Positions 52,483-64,000 of a stretch of DNA of 64,000 bases are shown here, one piece after another. The notes below the pieces were generated by a model. It worked only from the letters and a program-made list of their open reading frames with translations. It was not told where the DNA came from and made no database searches. A program made the translations under genes and the position numbers. The number at the start of each line of letters is the position of its first letter. Position 1 is the stretch's first letter. The DNA comes from Eledone cirrhosa (taxonomy: Eukaryota), in assembly GCA_964016885.1 (NCBI GenBank), contig OZ024740.1:371318001-371382000 (forward strand). The letters run 5' to 3'.

Positions 52483-53737
52483 ATTATTTTGTCATATATA
52501 TGGATAATGGTAAGAAAAAAGAATGTGTGAGCAGTCCAAAAGTCTGAGTTTCAAGGCACATCTCATAAAATGTAGATGGAGATGGACTGGACATGCTTCT
52601 CGGTTAAATGATGGACAGCTCTGTGGAGAGCTGATGGACAACAAGAGACACAACTATTAAGAGAGTTTAAAATTGTTTGAAGTCTCACCTCAGAAAAATA
52701 GTAATTGGAATTGACAATTGGGAAGGATTAGTTACAAATTGTGCAGCATACAGAAAGCAGATTTACGAGTGACAGAGAAGGAAAATGGAGGCTGAAAGCA
52801 TCTTCTGCACAAAGTTCCTTTGTGCAGCTTGTAAGATAGAAAACATAGAACTCCCACTAGTGTGAGTAACAAAAGAAGAGTTAACTTGCACCTACTTCTG
52901 TTGTATTCTGTTATATAGAATTGGATTGGTTAACTAACTGGTCATATGTAGAGTCTCCAATGATAATAAGGTAAGAGGAACGGAGTGCAAAATAGAGTCA
53001 TACTTAGCAGTGTGTTGACAGTCACCGTGTGTATGTGTGTATGTGTGTGTACATATGTACACATTTTCTCATACATTCACAGAAAATATGTCACAGACGT
53101 GTGTGAGTGAGAATGAGTGTGTGTGTGCATGTGATACATGATTTCAATACATATATTATACACATGCTGTTGAGCAAAGCTAGGTTAAATAAATAAACAA
53201 ACACACTCATGCATACACATATATAGTTATTGCATACTAACAAACCGAAACGATATAACATCACACTAATCACATAAACATCACACACATTTTCACACAA
53301 ACTGACACTCCCCACAAATATATACAATGTCTATATAATGCACATGTATATGTACACACATATACATAATTTAAGTTGGATAGTCTTGTCTTGTTAATGT
53401 GCTATGATTCTGTTGATTACACCTAAAATAAAACAACATCACACATAGACAGTCTGATAAGCTGAGGATTTGCTATTCAAATTAACTTTTCACAAACAAT
53501 ATATCTGACTTCGTCATCACCAGAAAAGTCTGTTAAGTTATTGATGTGAATTTCGGTGAGGTGATATTATGATTGACAAACATCTAGCTAAATTCTAAAT
53601 TTCCATTTCAGCTTTATTTTATTTTTATTTAAATTTTAATATTTATTTTTAAAATTGTGTTTATATATTCTTTAAAAAATTTATTTGCATTTTTATTTTT
53701 GTTATTTTGTTTCAGTATTTTGTTGGCTGGTCTATAT

Positions 53738-54370
<633 letters not shown>

Positions 54371-54889
54371 TAATTATCTTTAACTTTCACCAGAGTTAAA
54401 AGCATATTTTAAACAAACACAAACACACATACAAACCTTTTTTCCTATGATGGCTTGAAATATCCATTTAATCTTATAAATGCTATGAATTAAATATGTG
54501 TTCTCTCCTCCCTATCCCCTCCTCTTCTCATACAGCTTCTCCTCTCCCTCCCTCCTTACAAAAAGCAGAAAACTTTTTTTCTAACAGTTTGCAATAACCA
54601 TTTAATCTTATATATATGTTCTCATCTTTGTTTTCTTCTTATTATTGAATTTGGTGGAGCAGCAGAACCAATAGAGCAATGAATTTAATGTTTTGCAATA
54701 TCTAGTTACCACAAATTCTGTCTGGGTTTCGAATTCCAGTCAGGTCAGCTTTACTCTTCATCATTCTGGAGTTGATAAAACAAGTACTACTCAAGTAGTA
54801 GGAGCAATTTAGTTGCCTATATATCTCCCTTAAATTATGCAGCCTAGTACCAATGTTATAGAAATTAACACCAGATCCTTTCTCTGCTT

Positions 54890-55740
54890 GTTGACATTAC
54901 GAGACACTGCTAAATGAGGAGAATACATAAAAGGTTTACTCAAGTGGACCTAACAGAGGGATAGGCCAGCCAAGTTACTAGCTGTATGGTAGACAAGGTA
55001 ATTAATTATATGAAGACATGCAAAGCAGCTGGACCATCAGGGATAGTTGCTGAGATGCTGAAAGTATCTGGTATTGTGTGTCACATGCTAACCTCTTGTA
55101 TAGTAAGTTGGGTAATACCCGATGGCATCATACCCAGTGATTAGGATATCAAAACCATTGTTAACGGTTGCAAGGGTAAAGGAGATGCATTAGACGAAGG
55201 ACACTGTAGAGGTATCAAGTTGATAGATGTCACTGAAAGAGTTGTAGCACAACTAATTATGGGGTAGAATTAACTTAAACAAGATGCAGTTCAGATTTGT
55301 TTTAGGTAAAAGTACCACTGATGCCTTCTTCCTTATGAGACAGCCACAGTATCTGGCTAAGAGTAAGCCTCCCTACCTAGCATCTGTTGACCTGGGAAAA
55401 GTATTTTACAGGGTACTTCAGGGCATAATTTGGTGGGCTTTTAGGAAACTAAGGGCAGAGGATTGGCATATAAGGGTAGTAAAAGCCATGTACAGAGGTG
55501 CAGTGAGCAAGGTTAGACTTATAATGAGAATTTATGCATACAAGTGGAATCCACCAGGGCTTTGTCCTCAGCCCCTCCTGTTTCTTACTGTCCTTCAGAC
55601 TATAATAGAAGAGTTTAAGACTGGCTTCCCACTGGAGCTCCTATATGCCGATGACCTAGTTCCCAATGCTGAATCTGTGGCAGAATAAATTCCACACATT
55701 ATAGCAAAACCTGGGATCTAAAGGCCTCAAAGACAAAATC
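54890..55740 (+). pseudogene. Decayed RTE reverse transcriptase fragment
   Basis: KAAGPSGIVAEMLK, MQFRFVLGKSTTDAFF, DLGKVFYRV, PLLF and ELLYADDLV. Confidence 0.8.
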
Positions 55741-56823
55741 CTAATAATTTTATATTTTAGGGATTTGTTTTATGAAAGCTTACGTATGAGGAAGTTGGTT
55801 TTACTTTTACGTCTGGTATAACAAACATTTTTTCATTTATGATAATTTCACACTGTTAATTTTCTCAAAATTATTTTTATAGTAATCTGAAACCATGATA
55901 CAATTCCTAGAGTAAATGTCACCTTTGCCCTGGAGAGAACGCTACACTATCACAGTTGTATTTTGAACCTTGTAAATGTTATCTTTACATGGTACTTATT
56001 TTACAGTCGTTTAACCTGAGCTATTTAGAATTAAGTGTCTTTGATAGAAACATAGTGCACTGATAGCGATGGGGTCAGATTTGATGATTTATATTCCGAC
56101 CACAAAAGCTAGCATTCTAACAATTCGGCCGGCAATGTCTCGGTAGGGTTAATAAGAAAGATAAATTTCTCACCGACTAACTAATTTGAAAAGAAAGAGA
56201 AAACGAAGTAGAAGGCGGTCGACTGAAAAGACATAATTTGCGTTACATGATTACCCTCATACTTGTAATTCATTAAGTTGGGTGATTAAATTAATTTACA
56301 GTGTCATTAAGAATACGACCTCGAAATTTGACAGACTTAAAGGAAGTAATACTTATTGAGTGATGTCCAAACAAGCGTGTAATTGTTCCGGATTAACAGA
56401 ATCAAATCAAATCGAGCATATATCATAGCATAACACAAACGAGTAGATCATTTCAACTTCCATCGATAATCAGCACAAATGAAATCGTATATGACAATTG
56501 TAGCTGTGGAACGATTACATTTCGAATTGCCCTGAATATAATATAACGGTAGGTAAAACTCATGATTGAAATATGTATTCGTAAAATTTATAGATGAAAG
56601 AGGGGAAAGAGAGAGAGGAAGCGAAGCAAAACAAAATCGAGGTATAAATGAAGAATGTGATTATAGAGTAAAGATTACTCCTTCTTTCTATCTCCCCCCT
56701 CTCTCTTTCTCTCTCTCGCTCTCTCTCTTTCATATATATATATATATATATATAAAGGACGTAAAATAAAAAAATATTTTTTTAAAAAAATTTAAAAAAA
56801 ATTTTTTTCTTACTTAAATTTTC

Positions 56824-56905
56824 ACTCCAACTAATTAGTTTCTGCAATGGGATAAAGACAGTTACGTAATCCAACTGTCGAGAATTCATTGCGTCATCAG
56901 GAAGT
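56824..56905 (-). ncRNA. Hammerhead ribozyme with extended P2 (mirror copy)
   Basis: Exact reverse complement of 57283-57364. Confidence 0.6.
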
Positions 56906-57282
56906 CTATTCTCAGTTAAGTCTCCAGGCAATGCGCGGACACTGGCGGCTCATATAAAAATAATAATAATTCGGTAGATCGAACAGCTTGCGAGGACTGG
57001 ATTCTATGTACCGAAATTCTCACTGCTTCAAGTCAAATGGCCGATTCTAAAGAATCAATCACGTGACACAGAGGCTAGTTAGAAGGAATGTGATGGTAAG
57101 ATGACTGACGCCTACTAACACCCATGTGATTGATTCTTTAGAATCGGCCATTTGACTTGAAGCAGTGAGAATTTCGGTACATAGAATCCAGTCCTCGCAA
57201 GCTGTTCGATCTACCGAATTATTATTATTTTTATATGAGCCGCCAGTGTCCGCGCATTGCCTGGAGACTTAACTGAGAATAG

Positions 57283-57364
57283 ACTTCCTGATGACGCAAT
57301 GAATTCTCGACAGTTGGATTACGTAACTGTCTTTATCCCATTGCAGAAACTAATTAGTTGGAGT
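57283..57364 (+). ncRNA. Type I hammerhead ribozyme with extended P2
   Basis: P1 ACTTC/GGAGT, CTGATGA, P2 GCAATG/CATTGC plus GACAGTT/AACTGTC, GAAA, palindromic P3 ACTAATTAGT, GUU site. Confidence 0.65.
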
Positions 57365-57635
57365 GAAAATTTAAGTAAGAAAAAAATTTTTTTTAAATTT
57401 TTTAAAAAAAATATTTTTTTATTTTACGTCCTTTATATTATTGTTCTGCATTCTCCTGCATTGAACCACCTAGGTACTATGACATAACCTGTGTATTTGC
57501 TGGCATGGGCGTGCATCTGTGCGCTTATGTTAGTTGATATATTAAATTATCTATATATATATATATATATATTATAAAGAGTCAGGACCACGACGGATCA
57601 GCTCTTGTCCTTTCAACAGCCAGTTCCAGACTATA

Positions 57636-57706
<71 letters not shown>

Positions 57707-58187
57707 ACAGTGGGTGGACTGGGTCTAAAAATATTAGTTGCCAGGAGATAAAGGGGGCCCACCTACATATAGAATGCTATCATTTAATTTTTATAATGAA
57801 TAAATAACATTTTCGAAAAATACATAAGTGGAAACAAAACAGTGCAATCACATTTTTGCGGAAAAATATCTTACCTTCCCCAATAAAAAATATTACGTAT
57901 TTTGCGAAATCCAGAAACTTTCAATAATGACCAGAAATCGACCCTAAATGTTATTAATAGCTCTAGGAAAGCCATGAACGACATCACATCTTTTAAACTT
58001 TGATTTTGAAAGTAGGTTTATAATTATCAATTTTCACTATTCTTTTGTTCAAAAGATTGGGATACAGCGGATTAGAGGTTGTTTTGAACTGAGGCAGTCC
58101 GCAGTTCGATATTCCTTTGAGTTTGCTGACAGAAATCTTTGCAAAGAAAACAAAAATGCCAAGTATATTACATACATTACATAAATG

Positions 58188-58300
58188 AAGGCAGCGAACT
58201 GACAGAGTCGTTAGAAGATCTAATAGAACGCTTTACGGTATTTGTTCCGGCACCCTGCGCTTTGAGTTCAAAACCCGCCGGGGTCAACTTTGCCTTTCAA
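58188..58300 (+). mobile_element. Meta-domain SINE 5' half
   Basis: GAGTTCAAAACC B box followed by gtcaactttgcctttca. Confidence 0.55.
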
Positions 58301-58893
58301 GTCCTCTTTATTGAAAATGATTATTCATTATTTTTTTTTCATTTATTAAAACTGATTTCAAATCGTCTCATTTGCGCTCAGACACTAAGGAAGTATTTAA
58401 GTGTATTCACTGATCAGTAAACATTGGTTTGCTTTTTCTTTTGAAATCATTGCCTGAAGTTACATTGAATTCAGGTAGCTGCTAATTGAGTTAGACTAAT
58501 TAATCGTCCTTGTCTTGATTACTTTAACGAAATATTTTTGTGTGAGAGAAAATGAACATTCAATGCATATTATAGGGTTAATTAATTTATTTAAAGCTAA
58601 CGTTTATCTTCGTTGCTAATCCGAGTTTCTCTTTTCGCAGAAGTTCAACAAGATAATTAAAGGACAAGGCATGGAAGTTGTGTATTTGCCTGCTTCAATG
58701 GTGTTAATAAGCTTGAGGATTAGAACTCGACTGCTTGACGAAAGTAACAACATACCTGATACTATGATTAGTGGAACAATGTGAACATTTTTTTTACAGC
58801 GGTCACATGTGCTATACATGTGCTCAAATATACAGGCACCGTTGTTCATATATAAACATATATAACTACAAAATATTCGGAGAGTGTAGTCAG

Positions 58894-58896
<3 letters not shown>

Positions 58897-58932
<36 letters not shown>

Positions 58933-58986
58933 AGTATGTATGTATACGTACATACATACATATATGTATACAGACGTACAGTAGCA

Positions 58987-59038
<52 letters not shown>

Positions 59039-59665
59039 CAGGTACACATACATATATGCACGCATCAATTTAGCGGATGCTTATTATAACGCCGCTTTGT
59101 TCGTTTGTCAACAAACTGAAAGCTGTTCAGTTTGTTGACAAACGAACAAAGCGGCGTTATAATAAGCGTCCGCTAAACTGATGCGTGCATATATGTATGT
59201 GTACCTGTATATATATATATATATATATATATATGCATGCTACTGTACGTCTGTATACATATATGTATGTACGTATACATACATACTTACATTTAAGTAA
59301 GTGCCATACTAAGAGTGAGAAATGAAATTTCGTTTTCATTTTTTTCAACTTATCGTTTTCGGTATGCCTGACCGATTTAACTCACTCAATATGCAAATTA
59401 GGCTGCTCAGCCGTTAATTTTCATAAGGAAAGTATATACTTTCGAACGTTCAACTATCTGGCAGATGGGTAAACGGTGCTGATGATAGCTAACAAGCTTG
59501 AAACTAGTACATCGTTCCTGTGTCAGTGTTGAACAAAAAGGTGACGTGGTTGCCTTAACACCGTATGGCATAAATTCAGGCTGTTCAGTTTGTTTACAAA
59601 CGAACAAAGCGGCGTTATAATAAGCGTCCGCTAAACTGATGCGTGCATATATGTATGTGTACCTG

Positions 59666-59731
<66 letters not shown>

Positions 59732-59851
59732 TGCTACTGTATACATATATGTATGTACGTATACATACATACTTACATTTAAGTAAGTGCCATACTAAGA
59801 GTGAGAAATGAAATTTCGTTTTCATTTTTTTCAACTTATATATATATATAT
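58897..59851 (+). mobile_element. Non-coding Penelope-pLTR/retrozyme-like element: inverted arm plus 1.5 tandem units, with TSD
   Basis: Inverted arms 58928-59119 and 59125-59292. Direct repeat of 59123-59351 at 59581-59838 (458-bp period). GTGTAGTCAGTAA occurs at 58884-58896 and 59852-59864. Confidence 0.75.
59472..59516 (+). ncRNA. Type I hammerhead ribozyme
   Basis: P1 AACGGTG/CATCGTT, CTGATGA, P2 tAGCT-AACA-AGCTt, GAAA, P3 ACTAGT, GUA site. Confidence 0.75.
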
Positions 59852-60387
59852 GTGTAGTCAGTAATATATATATATATATATATACGCCGTTATGGCATGA
59901 CACCCACAATTTCGATTAAATTCATTTAATTTATCTTAATTTTGGATATAGATATATAAATACGGCTCCTTAATTGTAGAGCTAACTCTGTTGAAAGGAA
60001 TCGACTGCTGTTTCTAGTTGTCGAATACCTATTCACGCCACTGAGACGAAGCCGCTGTGATGTGTAAAAACAACACGTGGTAACGGCCAGTTGAGATTTG
60101 AACTCGCTGTGTAAGCATGGATTGCTGGAATATTGTTATTCCTTGTTGATAATCCAATAATATCCACTTTCTGTGACTTACCATCTGATTAATTGGTGAA
60201 ATATATTTCTTTAATGGAATATATACAGGGAAGATTAATCATATTAAAAGGTATCTATTTTTGAAGTTCTAGTCAACTTTATTTATTTGTTACCTACTAG
60301 CTATGCGTGGTTACACGCTTGAAAACATTATCTCCTGTGATTATTCATGTTTATATTTATTTATATATATGTTAATCAATTTCTAGT

Positions 60388-60420
<33 letters not shown>

Positions 60421-60421
<1 letters not shown>

Positions 60422-61117
60422 ACTAGTTCAATGTCTGGCTTTCTGGAGAATAGAGGAAAGGTGTTTCCTCAAAAACCAGTATGACTCTAAAAACCGGTTT
60501 GTCTGTGTGTTTACATACAGAATAGCTGGACACTCACAGTAAAGTGATCAGTGAAAAACTCGGTACATCTACATATGTATACGTGTGTGTATTCATATGC
60601 ATACTAGTATTTCAGTATACATATGTGGATGTACATTTTTAACTTAATTGTTTAAGCGTCAGTCATACAAAAGTGAGTTACAAACGAAACGAAATTTAAT
60701 TTCGTTTCGTTATTTGTTTTTATCCTCTCCGTTGAACCGGTACGTACTCACGCTCTATGCAAATTAGTCTGCCCACTACTAATTTTCATAGAAAAAGCAT
60801 ATAACGATATGTGCTTTTACGATTCTCTAGAAAGGCCGGAAGATAGGTAAATATTGCTGATGAGATGTAACAACATCGAAACTAGTTCAATATTCCTTGT
60901 CTGGCTTTCTGGAGAATAGAGGAAAGGTGTTTCCTCAAAAACCAGTATGACTCTAAAAACCGGTTTGTCTGTGTGTTTACATACAGAATAGCTGGACACT
61001 CACAGTAAAGTGATCAGTGAAAAACTCGGTACATCTACATATGTATACGTGTGTGTATTCATATGCATACTAGTATTTCAGTATACATATGTGGATGTAC
61101 ATTTTTAACTTAATTGT
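60421..61117 (+). mobile_element. Retrozyme-like partial tandem (1.5 units, about 460-bp period)
   Basis: 60421-60651 is repeated at 60880-61117, and the first copy begins at the 3' half of the hammerhead. Flanked by (TA)n. Confidence 0.75.
60850..60894 (+). ncRNA. Intact type I hammerhead ribozyme
   Basis: P1 AATATTG/CAATATT, CTGATGA, P2 GATGT-AACA-ACATC, GAAA, P3 ACTAGT, GUU cleavage site at 60885-60887. Confidence 0.88.
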
Positions 61118-61364
61118 ATATATACATTCATATATATATATATGAATGTATAGTATATATATGAATGTATAGTATATATATATATAAATATATAGTATAT
61201 ATATATGAATGTATAGTATATATATATATGTATATATATGAATGTATAGTATATTTGGTAATATACTGTATGTTTAATTAAAAACATTTTGAAGACCTTG
61301 CGCTATTATTTTAAGGTAGTGACTATGTCACTTACTTCTTTTTTCAGCAAAGGAAGGGAGAGAA

Positions 61365-61404
61365 TCTGACAGATCTGTTTCACACTGTTGGTGTTCCTCA
61401 GAGC
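61365..61404 (-). ncRNA. Hammerhead ribozyme (core intact, one P1 mismatch)
   Basis: GCT-CTGAGGA-ACAC caaca GTGT-GAAAC AGATCT GTC-AGA. Confidence 0.6.
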
Positions 61405-61722
61405 AACGTACTCGCCGACCTCTGCCGAAAATTATAGAGGCTGGATTCTTAAAGAATTCCAGTAATAACCAGGAACTGATTATACAGAGCGATTGCCGGT
61501 CCAACAAAAATAAAAAAATTAGGATTGGTGCTCATCGCTATTTCAGAGCACCAACAAAAATTAAAAATTAGGATTGGTGCTCTGAAATAGCGATGAACAC
61601 CAATCCTAATTTTTAATTTTTGTTGGACCGGCAATCGCTCTGTATAATCAGTTCCTGATTATTACTGAAATTCTATAAGAATCCAGCCTCTATAATTTTC
61701 GGCAGAGGTCGGCGAGTACGTT

Positions 61723-61762
61723 GCTCTGAGGGACACCAACAGTGTGAAACAGATCTGTCAGC
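61723..61762 (+). ncRNA. Hammerhead ribozyme (P1 intact, A9G core change)
   Basis: GCT-CTGAGGG-ACAC caaca GTGT-GAAAC AGATCT GTC-AGC. Confidence 0.6.
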
Positions 61763-61925
61763 TTCTCTCCCTTCCTTTGCTGAAAAAAGAAGTAAGTGAC
61801 ATAGTCACTACTTTAAAATAATAGCGCAAGGTCTTCAAAATGTTTTTAATTAAACATACAGTATATTACCAAATATACTATACATACATTCATGTATACA
61901 CCGCTATTTCAGAGCACCAATCCTA

Positions 61926-61992
<67 letters not shown>

Positions 61993-63249
61993 AAATAGGG
62001 GTGCACAGGAAAAAGACAACGGAAAGACAGACAGTCCCATCTCCTCTGTCAACCTCTGGAAATTACTACGGTTCGGTATATTAAGGTTGATACCGTTCCT
62101 TCCAGTACACATTGGGACATAAAATAGGTAGAGACAAAGACAGGACAAGTTATGCCTTTAGGCGAATTACACAAATATAGATGAAAAAGTATCCCTAGTA
62201 CGTCAACTGAAGTAAACTATGCTAGATTGTGCGAGATGAACCCAATGTTTGGAAAACATATATACATTTAGTATTATTGTGAAGCAGTTTGAATCATTTC
62301 GGTAGTCATACGGCTAAGTAAGCAGGCACTATAGTCTAACTTCGACAGAATCCTAAAGTCGAAACAAAGCATAACGTTAGTTGCGTTGTTGATCTCATGG
62401 GTATATAAGAAATACTTTTAACCATAAAGATTCCTACACATAGCAAGACTAGAATATTTGTTAAGTTTATCAAACTAAGAATGGTTTTCTTAATATTCCT
62501 CAAATCCCTCACTTTAAAATTAATGATAAAAAATCTCTATCACAAACGTGAATATGATGTGCATACGCGCGCGCACACACATACACACGCACACGCACAC
62601 ACAAATTGAATACTTGTTAGGTTTTTAAAATTTTCTGAAAACTGTTCAATTTTATTATATTGAAATCAAATCATTCTATAAATTCAAATTCCAAAGCATA
62701 AAACAAAAACAAAAAACAAAACAAAAAAAAAAAGAACAAACAAATCAAAAACAAATTAATTTATATTTATTCATAACCCAAATTAAATAACAAATGCTTC
62801 GAGCGTAATTATAAACTTTTTATCTTACTGTTAAAATTTTTTTTTATTTCAGAAATACTGTTACTAGCTTGTACCATTTTTTTTTCTGAAGTTTTACAAA
62901 TAAATATATCTAGTTTTTAAAAGATTTCATACTCTCATTTTCATTCAATGATTTACCAGAACATTTCTCAACAACGTTCACTTGACAAGATTATCGTGGC
63001 CAAAATAAAGACCCAGGATACATTTGGCAGAATGAACCAAGGTGTTTTATAACATCTGCATATCAATATATTGCTATCAGAGTAAAATCTGCATCTGAGG
63101 TTTACATCAGCAACAATGAGTCAGGTGTATAGATTCTAACGTTTCGAGATTTGCCTTTCATTTAAGGAGAATGCTCTTCTTCACTATCATAGAAAGGGCA
63201 TGACCCAACACATTAGATTCTCGATTATTATTGTTGTTGTTATTGTTAG

Positions 63250-63465
63250 AGGGCAGTGCATTCTGAGAATTGTTAGTGTCGGATAAAATCACTTTCGGTA
63301 TTTAATTAAGCCCCTTTAGATTCTGAGTTCACATTTCGTCGAGATTAACTTTGCTTCCGAGGGACGATGAAATAAAGTAACAGCGAATTACTGAGGTCTG
63401 TATAATTGACTGTTTCCTCCTCCAATTTTTTGTCTTTGTGCGTATGCAAGAAATCCATATTATTA
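63250..63465 (+). mobile_element. Diverged Meta-domain SINE
   Basis: tctgagttcacatt...aactttgcttcc..gatgaaataaagta...gaaatccatattatta. Confidence 0.5.
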
Positions 63466-64000
63466 TAATCAATTTAGGTTCTTCTTGCGTATGAGACTGT
63501 TTCTTTCTCATGTTATTGTCGTTCGCCTGATCTAAATCAGAGATCACTGATCAGTTTCCAGGGCTTACCGCTAGGGGGTCGACAACCAGAACCCCACTTT
63601 GAGTTGAGAAGACAGGTCTATAAGTGAACATACTCTTCTGAAGATCTTTTGCACAACTACCGAATAAAAACCCACATGGGAAAGAAATTAGTTATTAGCA
63701 TAAAAACTCACGCTCTACAGGGAAAGTCTCGTGAATCTCTTAAATAACAATGGATGTTGCATTCAATGTACCAGATCGACTGACAGTTGTAAGGACAACA
63801 CTCATGTCTAAGCACCAGGAAACCCATCTTACCCTTAGCATGTTTAAATGTTATGTATAAACTGTACACATCTTTGAATGTATTTCTCTAAGATCACCGT
63901 CAAAGAAACATCGTGCGGCCAACGAATAAGCTGTGAAAAAAAGAAGACGAAAAAGACTTTTGAGGTTGTGCTGAACAGTTTCTCATCCTACTAACTGTGT

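Larger units (their letters stand above)
56751..57437. repeat. Near-perfect palindrome (312-bp arms, 63-nt spacer) with a hammerhead in each arm
   Basis: 56751-57062 is the reverse complement of 57126-57437. I saw one difference, in an A/T run. Confidence 0.95.
61243..61929. mobile_element. Near-perfect palindromic element (arms about 310 bp) with a hammerhead in each arm
   Basis: 61243-61552 pairs with 61574-61885. Tail cgctatttcagagcaccaatcctaattt repeats at 61902-61929. (TA)n flanks. Confidence 0.85.

Noticed and set aside
57708-58105. Possible hAT-like MITE (CAGTGGGTGGACTG ... CAGTCCGC)
   Set aside because: Terminal match is short and imperfect, and no 8-bp TSD is visible.
59995-60130. 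Minus-strand GAAACAGCAGTC resembling a hammerhead P3 end (also near 36990)
   Set aside because: No matching CUGANGA core or P1 found upstream.

Overview
AT-rich, repeat-dense eukaryotic DNA, most likely cephalopod (Octopus-type). This call rests on abundant (TA)n/(TG)n/(ATT)n/(GAT)n microsatellites, tRNA-headed CORE- and Meta-domain SINEs and RTE 3' ends. Most ORFs in the six-frame track are microsatellite or minisatellite artefacts. Supportable content: a near full-length but frameshifted R4/Dong LINE (13.3-17.0 kb) and a second truncated copy carrying a Helitron Rep-like insert; Tx1/L1, CR1, RTE and Penelope fragments; two non-autonomous Helitrons; Tc1/mariner, Tc2 and TTAA MITEs; a 45-copy 19-bp minisatellite; an inverted segmental duplication; and a tentative 4-exon minus-strand small ORF. 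The most notable signal is a set of non-coding elements of about 0.3-1 kb, arranged as partial tandems and long fold-back palindromes in (TA)n tracts and densest at 56.7-62 kb. They carry type I hammerhead ribozyme folds (CUGANGA...GAAA-palindromic P3-UH) whose stems covary between diverged subfamilies. This looks like a Penelope pseudo-LTR / retrozyme-like system. All alignments and folds were done by eye, and nothing was searched or computed.
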